A DNA stretch of 64,000 bases, from contig CBFIGQ010000045.1 of the NCBI GenBank assembly GCA_965662335.1, forward strand, positions 1,156 to 65,155. The letters run 5' to 3'. The translations under genes and the position numbers were made by a program. The notes under the pieces were generated by a model. The model worked only from the letters and a program-made list of their open reading frames with translations. It was not told the origin of the DNA and ran no database searches. Positions 8,583 to 16,162 of this stretch are shown piece after piece; position 1 is the first letter of the stretch; each line of letters begins with the position of its first letter. This DNA comes from Minisyncoccia bacterium. Lineage in GTDB: Bacteria > Patescibacteriota > Minisyncoccia > Phycocordibacterales > UBA9973.

Positions 8583-9962
8583 TTATGTATTCTTTATTCT
8601 CAATTCAGCTAATTTAAAATAGTCTTTATCTAGTTCGGTTCCCAAATATTTTCTATTTAATTTTTTTGCGACAACAGCTGTTGTTCCAGACCCCAAAAAT
8701 GGATCAAACACTATTCCATTCTTCTTAGATGTTGCTAGGATAATTCTTTCCAAAAGCCATTCTGGTTTTTGTGTTGGGTGTATCCTTTTTCTGCCAGCTG
8801 TTTTACCTTTTGCCCAAATAGAGCGCATTTGTTTGCCTCCATTAATTTTTTTCATATCTTCATAATTAAAGATATTGCCTTTGTCTTTTCTTGCCCATAA
8901 GAAATTTTCATGATCTGCAACAAATCTTGTACAAGATAAATTCGGTGTGGCATCAGTTTTATGCCAAAGTATTTCGTTTAATATCTCAAATCCAATTTTT
9001 TCTAGTAAATAACCGGTCAAATGTATGTTGTGATATGTGCCGGCAACCCAAATTGAGCCCGTTTTTTTTAATATTCTAAAAGATTCTCTAAGCCAATTTT
9101 CTGTGAATTTCTCAAAATCATCTTTTTCCATTTTGTCCCAATATCCTTTGTCTGTATTAAGATCTTTACCACCTGTTTTTGAAAATTTCATTTTAAAACT
9201 TTTCTTACTTAAATTATATGGAGGGTCAGCAAAAATTAAATCTATAGAATTGTCTTTCAGTCCTCGCATAAATTCTAAACAATCCATATTGTAAATTTTA
9301 TTTAATTCAAAATCTTGTTTTTCAAAAGGAGCTTCTTCTCTTGAATTTTTTGGCAAAACTAAACTAGATTGTTCAAGATTGCGAACAATTTTAACTACAA
9401 CACCCCTGACTTCTACTTCATTTCTATAAATCGGGAAAAGTGTAGGATTTGCTGGCTGTAATCTTATTCTATTTTTCTCTCGATAAATTTTCTTTAAGGT
9501 TGCAAGGTTATCATCAATAATTGCTACGATGGTTTGCCCGTCATCAGCAAATTCTTGTTTGCGAATTATTACTGTGTCGCCGTTAAAAATCCCTTCGTCA
9601 ATCATGCTGTCTCCAGCAACTTTTAGAGCATAGTGCTTTTCTGTGTTTTCAATTTCGTGACTTAGTACTGAAACACTCTCATTGCCAATTTCTAGCGCTT
9701 CTATTGGCTGTCCTGCCGCTATAACTCCAACAATAGGTATTTCAATGAGTTTCTCTGTTTTATTTAACTCAATACCCCTTGGTTTGTTTTTAGACTTATT
9801 TAAATAACCCTTTTTCTTTAACGCATCAATGTGTTGGTGTACTGTTGATTCAGATGATAGTTTGAAATGTTTTTTAATTTCTTTCAAGGAGGGAGCAAAT
9901 TCATTTTTTAACTCATATTTTGATATGAAATCTAAAATTTGTTTTTGGCGTTTCGTTATCAT
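8583..9962 (-). CDS. LexA repressor fused to a beta-class DNA methyltransferase
   Basis: LexA wHTH (ITKRQKQIL..APSLKEI..STVHQHIDALKKKGY), AG cleavage site (IAAGQP), GDSM and TLKK dyad, then ADPPYN, HPTQKP, DPFLGSGTT. Confidence 0.93.
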   Translation of the reverse strand: MITKRQKQILDFISKYELKNEFAPSLKEIKKHFKLSSESTVHQHIDALKKKGYLNKSKNKPRGIELNKTEKLIEIPIVGVIAAGQPIEALEIGNESVSVLSHEIENTEKHYALKVAGDSMIDEGIFNGDTVIIRKQEFADDGQTIVAIIDDNLATLKKIYREKNRIRLQPANPTLFPIYRNEVEVRGVVVKIVRNLEQSSLVLPKNSREEAPFEKQDFELNKIYNMDCLEFMRGLKDNSIDLIFADPPYNLSKKSFKMKFSKTGGKDLNTDKGYWDKMEKDDFEKFTENWLRESFRILKKTGSIWVAGTYHNIHLTGYLLEKIGFEILNEILWHKTDATPNLSCTRFVADHENFLWARKDKGNIFNYEDMKKINGGKQMRSIWAKGKTAGRKRIHPTQKPEWLLERIILATSKKNGIVFDPFLGSGTTAVVAKKLNRKYLGTELDKDYFKLAELRIKNT

Positions 9963-9963
9963 G

Positions 9964-10014
9964 TATGATATTATATCATAGTAATACCGAAACAAAACCG
10001 AAAAGTTATCCACA
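9964..10014. promoter_or_regulatory. Divergent promoter region with candidate operators
   Basis: Palindrome TATGATA-tta-TATCATA (9964-9980); direct repeat ACCGAAA x2 at 11 bp spacing (9986, 9997); DnaA box TTATCCACA (10006-10014). Confidence 0.5.
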
Positions 10015-10038
10015 TGTAAACATAGTAATAAAATTGCA

Positions 10039-10803
10039 ATGAAATTTTTATTTTTAGATGAATTTAAATATGATCACTCTAAAACTCATAAAGTATATGG
10101 TCTGACGGGTGTTGTTATAGATGCACAATATTATCTGTCGTTTAAAGAATCGTTTTCTTCATCTCTTAAAAAATTAGGATGGGACAAGAAACTCGAACTT
10201 AAAGGAAGGTCAATGTTTTCGGCTTCCGGCGACAAGTCTATCTCTGTAGAAAAGAGAGTAAATTTTATGTCTGATGTTGTTGGAATGTCTAAATCAAACT
10301 CTGGAAAAACAGCGAAGATTCATGTTTTTGTTGCGTTGGAAATGTACGAAAAGAAACATACGGAGTATGAGTGCTACAAGAAAAACCTTGAAAAGATCAT
10401 TAAAAAATTACCAAAGGCTCAATCAAAAAAGAAAAGTTTGATTGGGATATTCTACGATGAAAATGATTGTATTGATGCGAGTGATTTCCAGCAAACCATC
10501 GAAAAATTACTTTCTCAAAGATCTTTAAATTTATTTGAATCACCTCTGCCAGTAAGATCTTCTTTAGATAATCCAGGAATCATGTTTGCAGATTATGTCT
10601 GCTATTTTAATCAGAATTTCTTTCAATTATCTAATTTTCGAAAAAATATAAGTGATGAACTTATGATCCTATTGGAAAAGGATGAAAAAAATATTATCAG
10701 TGAAGATGAGAAGAAAAAACTTAGTACTTATATAACAAACTATAGAAAAGAGAGGAAAACAAAAGAACTCATTCTCGCGTTAAAAAAGATAATGTTTGTT
10801 TAA
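10039..10803 (+). CDS. DUF3800-family protein (RNase H-like fold)
   Basis: N-terminal FLFLDE, central IFYDE and C-terminal GIMFADY, the D-E / D / (Q)xAD pattern of DUF3800. Confidence 0.7.
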   Translation: MKFLFLDEFKYDHSKTHKVYGLTGVVIDAQYYLSFKESFSSSLKKLGWDKKLELKGRSMFSASGDKSISVEKRVNFMSDVVGMSKSNSGKTAKIHVFVALEMYEKKHTEYECYKKNLEKIIKKLPKAQSKKKSLIGIFYDENDCIDASDFQQTIEKLLSQRSLNLFESPLPVRSSLDNPGIMFADYVCYFNQNFFQLSNFRKNISDELMILLEKDEKNIISEDEKKKLSTYITNYRKERKTKELILALKKIMFV

Positions 10804-10804
10804 G

Positions 10805-11279
10805 GGAGCCCCGCTCGCACCCCTCTCGTCCTTGCGAGCGGGGTTTTGCGCACACGCGAACGGGAGGGCGGGTCAAGTGTGCATAGCATTCCGCCTCGGA
10901 CATTTCCGCTATGAGCGTCCATGGCTAAAGGATGAGCGCCGACGATATAAGCAAGGGATAATCTAAAATCTTGAGAAATACTCGGATATGAAAACGAGGA
11001 TGGGGGTTGGCTGAGCCGGTTGGTCGAGCCCTGCCGAGACGAGGCGAAGCTGGGGGAAGGCTTCCTTCCTTCCCCCAAACAGCTGGCGCCCGAGCTCCGG
11101 CACCGCAGTGCCGTAGAGCGAGGAAACGCGCCAAACCTAGACATCTAGGCGCGAGTAGCCCTAGCGGAAATGTCCGAGGCGGATGCCGAGGATGGACTCC
11201 TTTGGTCACGGACGATAGAAAATGGTAAAATGTCCGAGACACCACTTAGAATTCCGTCGTTTCCTTTTCTTTAAAGGAA
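10805..11279. ncRNA. Candidate structured non-coding RNA/DNA element downstream of DUF3800
   Basis: Abruptly GC-rich, no credible ORF; 22 bp perfect long-range stem 10890-10911/11162-11183 and several local hairpins. Confidence 0.5.
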
Positions 11280-11455
11280 ACCCGCCCGAAGCCCCATCGC
11301 CATACCTTTTCAAAAAGAATCCCCCCGCCAAACAAAACAAGAATGAAAAGCGATGAGGGCTAAGGGCGGAACGGCGAGGTAATCCGAGCCGTGACGGAAT
11401 TCGTTAGTGTTCTTGTTCAAAAAAAGTTCGTGCAAAGGTTAGTAATACATCACAA
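11280..11455. repeat. Right att arm; 176 bp near-perfect inverted repeat of 5932-6107
   Basis: Manual alignment finds one mismatch (GTTGCGCCC vs GTTCCGCCC). Confidence 0.93.
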
Positions 11456-11462
11456 CACAGGT

Positions 11463-11705
11463 ATGAAAATATCTAATGGTACAGTACATAGTACTCCTAC
11501 TGATTTGAAAAAAATGATTAGTACTTCTCCACAAGTACATAGAGTATGGGAGGATATCACACCACTTGCGCGCAATGAATGGATTTGCTGGATAGAGGAT
11601 GCAAAAAAGCCAGAAACAAGAGCGCGTAGAATAGCTGTTGCGAAATCAAAAATGCAGGACGGCGAGCGTCGTCCTTGCTGCTGGGCAGGTTGCACGCACC
11701 GATAA
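11463..11705 (+). CDS. YdeI/OmpD-associated family protein
   Basis: PTDLKK...WEDITPLARNEWICWIEDAKKPETRARRI...RRPCCWAGC; ATG 8 nt after the attR core. Confidence 0.85.
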   Translation: MKISNGTVHSTPTDLKKMISTSPQVHRVWEDITPLARNEWICWIEDAKKPETRARRIAVAKSKMQDGERRPCCWAGCTHR

Positions 11706-11860
11706 AAAAGCCGCATTAAATGCGACTTTGTTGCCCTGAAATGCTACCGGAGAAAGAAAAAGGGGTGCCTAAAAAACATGACAAATCAACTGCGTATATT
11801 GGCACCCCATCCATCAATAATCTAAATATAGTTTAGTATAAAGTAGAAAGATGTCAACTG

Positions 11861-11947
11861 CGGAAATGGAGAGATTCGAACTCTCGGTACAGTTGCCCGT
11901 ACGACGGTTTTCGAAACCGTTGCCTTCAACCACTCAGCCACATTTCC
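11861..11947 (-). tRNA. tRNA-Ser(CGA)
   Basis: GGAAATGTGGCTGAGTGGTTGAAGGCAACGGTTT-CGA-AAACCGT, long variable arm, GTTCGAATC T-loop. Confidence 0.95.
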
Positions 11948-11957
11948 ATTTTATCTA

Positions 11958-12887
11958 CTATTTACCAGTCTTGAGCCAGACGTATAGATCCTCAACGGCT
12001 TTGACTGCGTCACCGGCCGCGATGTTGTTTTGATGATAGAGACCGTTGGTACAGTCTCCAGCAGCCCATACACCACTAGTCCGTGTGCGCTGCGTCATCG
12101 GGTCAACGACTATTTTGTTGTACTCATCTATAGCAACGACATCTTTTGCATACGATGTATTGGGGATCTGTCCTATTTCAACAAAGATACCAGCAACAGG
12201 AAGCTCTGTAGGGGAGGCAGCGTCCTTTTCGGAAAAGACGATACTTGAAACTAGTGTCGACCCTTTGATCTCAATCAAGGTTACGTTTTTCTTGAGAGTT
12301 ACGTTTGGAAGTGATTGGACCTTTTGCACGGTGATTTCATCTGCGCGGAATGTATCATTGCGATGCAGGAGCGTCACATGCTTGGCATACTGCGAGAGCT
12401 GAAGCACTGCCTCAAGCGCTGCGTTGCCGCCGCCAATGACGGCAACTGGCATGCCGCTAAAGAGCGGACCGTCACAGGTTGCGCAGTACATGACACCTTT
12501 GTTATCAAATGCTGCTGCTCCTGGGATGTCGAGCTTGCGCCGACCGGAGCCACTGGTGATAAGCACTGCCTTTGCGGTGTAGTTATCACCAGCATCCGTC
12601 GCTACGACAAAGAGATCGCCGTTTTTTGAAAGGCTGGTTATATTTTTTCCTTCGACAACATTGAGGAATTCGCCCTTGTATGAAAGTGCGTGTTCTTTGA
12701 GATTTTTTGCAAGGTCACCGCCACTGATGGACTGCGTGCCGATCCAGTTGTATATCGTGTCAGATACTGCGGACTGCCCGCCAAACTCATACACTACCAT
12801 AAGCGTCTGTATCTGTTTGCGTGCCGCGTATACTGCTGCGGCACATCCTGCAGGACCGCCGCCGATGATGATGAGTTCGTATTGCAT
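11958..12887 (-). CDS. trxB: Thioredoxin-disulfide reductase (TrxB/AhpF-like)
   Basis: GGGPAG, CATCDG, GGGNAA and AAGD motifs. Confidence 0.88.
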   Translation of the reverse strand: MQYELIIIGGGPAGCAAAVYAARKQIQTLMVVYEFGGQSAVSDTIYNWIGTQSISGGDLAKNLKEHALSYKGEFLNVVEGKNITSLSKNGDLFVVATDAGDNYTAKAVLITSGSGRRKLDIPGAAAFDNKGVMYCATCDGPLFSGMPVAVIGGGNAALEAVLQLSQYAKHVTLLHRNDTFRADEITVQKVQSLPNVTLKKNVTLIEIKGSTLVSSIVFSEKDAASPTELPVAGIFVEIGQIPNTSYAKDVVAIDEYNKIVVDPMTQRTRTSGVWAAGDCTNGLYHQNNIAAGDAVKAVEDLYVWLKTGK

Positions 12888-12910
12888 GGGGAAAGTATAC
12901 TAGCTTCAAT

Positions 12911-13025
12911 ATAAAAAATACAGCGTTGTCCGAGAAATGCCTCGCGCAGGGCGACTGGCCCGAGCGGAGCAAAAAACCAGCAGGTTTTTATGTGTGCATT
13001 TCGAGGATTGCGCTGTATTTTTTAT
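12911..13025. repeat. 115 bp element with terminal inverted repeats (MITE-like or long hairpin)
   Basis: ATAAAAAATACAGCG ... CGCTGTATTTTTTAT perfect 15 bp IR, extended imperfectly by GAAATGC/GCATTTC. Confidence 0.6.
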
Positions 13026-13037
13026 CGAAGTAACTGC

Positions 13038-14219
13038 TTACTTCTTATTTCTTCGGAGGAAGGCAGGGATGGCGCCAAAATTATCAAGATCCTCATCTAC
13101 CGCATCAGTATCTGCGAGTTCTGCGTCCTTGATCTCTGGTTTTTGTACCATTGGTTTTATTTCTTCAGGTTGCTGCTGTGGCTGCTGAGGAGCTTGCTGT
13201 TGGTCCTGTCTATTGAAAAGATCGCGACCACTTGGGCTAAAGAGGGTACCTTTTTTGTTGGTCTCACTTGGGAAGCCTGTTGCGATGACGGTTATTTTGA
13301 GTTCGCCTTTCTTCATCCGTTCATCAAGAATGGTACCGATGATAACGCGTGCGTCCTTGTCGATAGACTCTGTGATGACCTTTGCAGCATCTTGGAACTC
13401 TGCCATGGTGAGATCGTCGTTACTAGAGATTGCAAAGAGTACACCTTTTGCACCGTTGATAGAAATGTCGAGGAGGGGAGAGTTGATAGCTTGGATAGCT
13501 GCCTTTTCTGCACGACCATCGCCTTGCGCAAAGCCAACACCCATAAGGGCCGTACCTGCGTCAGTGAGGACTGACTTCATATCTGCAAAGTCGACGTTGA
13601 TGATACCAGGAGAAGCGATGAGTTCTGAGATACCTTCAACAGCCTGACGGAGCACTTCATCACACTTTGCAAATGCATCTTTGAAGGTAGTGTCCTTTCC
13701 TGCAATTGCGAGGAGGCGATCATTCGGGATAACTATAATGGCATCAACCTCTTTTTCGAGCTCTTCGATACCGCGCTCTGCGATACGCATGCGCTGATTT
13801 CCTTCAAAGAAGAATGGTTTGGTGACTACAGCAACCGTGAGAATGCCTTGCTCCTTTGCAGCACGCGCAACTACTGACGCACCACCAGTACCGGTACCAC
13901 CTCCCATTCCGCAGGCAATAAATACCATATCTGCTCCTTTGACGGCATCCTGAATCTCAGCCTTTGTTTCTTCGGCTGCACGAGCTCCGACTTCAGGGTT
14001 CATCCCAGCACCAAGACCCTTGGTGAGATTTTTACCAAGGTGAATCTTTTTGTCTGCGAGCGAGTTGTGCAAGTCCTGCACATCAGTGTTCATGGCAATG
14101 AACTCAACCGATCGAACTTTATTTTCGATCATGTGGTTGAGCGCGTTCTTTCCAGAGCCTCCGACACCGATTACTTTGATTCGAGCAGCTGTTTCAATTT
14201 CAGGGGTAAGTTTTGCCAT
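13038..14219 (-). CDS. ftsZ: Cell division protein FtsZ
   Basis: GGGTGTG tubulin signature, INVDFAD, C-terminal IPAFLRR. Confidence 0.98.
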   Translation of the reverse strand: MAKLTPEIETAARIKVIGVGGSGKNALNHMIENKVRSVEFIAMNTDVQDLHNSLADKKIHLGKNLTKGLGAGMNPEVGARAAEETKAEIQDAVKGADMVFIACGMGGGTGTGGASVVARAAKEQGILTVAVVTKPFFFEGNQRMRIAERGIEELEKEVDAIIVIPNDRLLAIAGKDTTFKDAFAKCDEVLRQAVEGISELIASPGIINVDFADMKSVLTDAGTALMGVGFAQGDGRAEKAAIQAINSPLLDISINGAKGVLFAISSNDDLTMAEFQDAAKVITESIDKDARVIIGTILDERMKKGELKITVIATGFPSETNKKGTLFSPSGRDLFNRQDQQQAPQQPQQQPEEIKPMVQKPEIKDAELADTDAVDEDLDNFGAIPAFLRRNKK

Positions 14220-14314
14220 ATATGTTCTCCCTTTCCACGGGGTGTTAGTACTATACGCCATATACTAGCAGAACGTCAAAAAAGGGCAATGAATGTTGAC
14301 AAAATGCGTATGTG

Positions 14315-15484
14315 TTACGGCATTAATTGTTTGAAAAAATGTTTGATAGTTGCGAGGAATCCATCACCGTCAGCATGACTACTAGGCTTGTTTGCGACAC
14401 GATCAACGGTACTTGTTGCGACGCCATATGCAACGAGAAGTCTCTGGTCCTTGCTCATACGCGCACTTGTTGCAGTCGGATACTCTAGAAATGCAACTTT
14501 TGCAGGAATGCGCAGCATGTTTTTTGCGACCGTCTCAATGAGTTGTGATTGTGCACCACCACCAATGATGATTGCACCTGCAGGCAGGAGTCCGCTTCGT
14601 CCTATTTTTTTAAAATACTTATCAATGAGTTCAAATATATCTGAAAGTCGTGCTTCGACGATATCATCAAGTCGTTTCTTTTGAATAGTCTGGAACCCAA
14701 TAACACCGAGCTTTATATTTTCTGCTTCTTCGGGTGTGACACGCAAACCGAGCGCAATGTCTTTGGTAATGTCGAGGGAACCAATACCAAATACATGAAG
14801 TGATGCTAGTGTTCCATTTTCATACACTGCCACAGAGGTGGTCTCTGCACCAATATCAATAAGCGCGCATCCAAAGTTGCGCTGCAGGTCAGTGAGTATG
14901 AGCTGCTCAGTCGCAATTGGGGTTGCGGTAAAGCTTGTCACCTTTACGCCCGACTCTGCAAGGCAGGCAAGAAGGTCGTCTATGTGTTGTTGAAACGAAG
15001 TGATGAACAATACTTTTATTTCAAGTTTAAAGCCTTGTACTCCTTCGGGACGCGCAGGGATTTCTTTACCATCTACTCGAAAGAGTACGGGAAATGCATG
15101 GAGAATAACTTTGTTTTTAAGTTCTACCTTGGATTCGGCATCGGCGATAGCTTTGTCGACATCAAGCTTACTAATGACTGAATCCGCGCGCGCAACGATG
15201 CTTGCGCCGAGTGCATATTCAGAACTGAGTCCAACGCCGCCTATGGCGAGCGATGCGTGTTTTATTTTGTGGCCACTGTCTTCTTGTGCTTCATGAAGTG
15301 CTCGAGAGAGTGTGGCAACTGTTTCAGCCTTATCCACAATATAGCCATGACGCACGCCACGTGTGGGCACAATGCTCGCACCGAGCGCACGCGGAAGACT
15401 ACCATGGGCTGCTACAGCCTCACACACGACAACGCGTGTTTGAGAGGTACCGATATCGATGCCGACTGAAATGGAATGCTTCAT
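14315..15484 (-). CDS. ftsA: Cell division protein FtsA
   Basis: GIDIGTS, IDIGAETT, EEAENIK; directly upstream of ftsZ. Confidence 0.95.
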   Translation of the reverse strand: MKHSISVGIDIGTSQTRVVVCEAVAAHGSLPRALGASIVPTRGVRHGYIVDKAETVATLSRALHEAQEDSGHKIKHASLAIGGVGLSSEYALGASIVARADSVISKLDVDKAIADAESKVELKNKVILHAFPVLFRVDGKEIPARPEGVQGFKLEIKVLFITSFQQHIDDLLACLAESGVKVTSFTATPIATEQLILTDLQRNFGCALIDIGAETTSVAVYENGTLASLHVFGIGSLDITKDIALGLRVTPEEAENIKLGVIGFQTIQKKRLDDIVEARLSDIFELIDKYFKKIGRSGLLPAGAIIIGGGAQSQLIETVAKNMLRIPAKVAFLEYPTATSARMSKDQRLLVAYGVATSTVDRVANKPSSHADGDGFLATIKHFFKQLMP

Positions 15485-15499
15485 TACCTAAAATAGAAA

Positions 15500-15892
15500 T
15501 TAACGAGACGTGAAAAACGCGAGCAGCTCTTTTTCCTTACGTTCCATTGTACTCCCATGTTGCATTCCTTTCAAATGAAGCATGCTGTGGATGACGATGT
15601 ACAGGAGGTAGTCTTGCTTTGGCATACCAAACGCCTTGTGCTCTTGGTATATCGCAGGCAGGCATAGAAGTATCTCTCCAGAATGTTTCGTAAGTTCAAA
15701 GGAGAGTGTATTGGGGACGTAATCTTTGCCTCGTCTTTCTATATTTACCGCTCGAGCTGTTTCTGGGTCAATAAAGACAATTGAGAGCTCATACTGCCTA
15801 CTGAGTATTTTTTCTTTGAGATCCAAAAAGGGCACGCGGGGGAGCGTGCCTTTTTTTCTTGATACGGTGAGGTTGTGTCCTTCTAGTACCAT
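15500..15892 (-). CDS. ybeY: rRNA maturation RNase YbeY
   Basis: RGKDYVPNTLSF and HSMLHLKGMQH metal-binding motif. Confidence 0.9.
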   Translation of the reverse strand: MVLEGHNLTVSRKKGTLPRVPFLDLKEKILSRQYELSIVFIDPETARAVNIERRGKDYVPNTLSFELTKHSGEILLCLPAIYQEHKAFGMPKQDYLLYIVIHSMLHLKGMQHGSTMERKEKELLAFFTSR

Positions 15893-15898
15893 CCTGGT

Positions 15899-16123
15899 CT
15901 ACATTTTGCCGAGCTTTTTGAGACGTTCAACTTCCTTTCGACGAGCGAGACTCTTAAGTCGCATGTTCTTTTGAGCGAGTTTTGAAATATCTCTTGATGC
16001 GTAGCGATTTCCTTTCACCTTCTGGATGATTCCTGCTTCTTGCATCTTGCGAGAAAAGCGCCGAAGGAGTGATACTCCATTTTCGTGCGTGTTTCGCTTG
16101 AGTTCGATATTAGTCATTGGCAT
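15899..16123 (-). CDS. rpsU: 30S ribosomal protein bS21-like
   Basis: ENGVSLLRRFSRKMQEAGI; small and basic. Confidence 0.75.
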   Translation of the reverse strand: MPMTNIELKRNTHENGVSLLRRFSRKMQEAGIIQKVKGNRYASRDISKLAQKNMRLKSLARRKEVERLKKLGKM

Positions 16124-16162
16124 GGGCGTTATCGTACCACAGCACCATGCTGTATGCAATAC

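Larger units (their letters stand above)
4235..11455. mobile_element. Serine-recombinase integrative element (defence island) in tRNA-Glu
   Basis: TCACAA direct core at 4235-4240 and 11450-11455; recombinase abuts the tRNA; AT-rich cargo; junction sequence reconstituted internally at 5792-6107. Confidence 0.9.

Noticed and set aside
10006-10014. oriC suggested by a DnaA box
   Set aside because: Single box inside a mobile element (another isolated one lies in ftsA); no cluster and no dnaA nearby
10800-11245. ORFs of 73-114 aa in the GC-rich stretch
   Set aside because: Pro/Arg/Ser-rich, mutually overlapping, composition unlike real genes here; better explained as structured non-coding sequence
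4177-11455. Prophage or conjugative element
   Set aside because: No structural, replication, relaxase or T4SS genes within the att sites
11391-11462. N-terminal extension of the YdeI-family ORF
   Set aside because: Derives from the attR arm; the family-like sequence starts at ATG 11463
11758-11808. GGGGTGCC...GGCACCCC inverted repeat as an ncRNA
   Set aside because: Short stem with a T-run on the minus strand downstream of tRNA-Ser; adequately explained as a terminator
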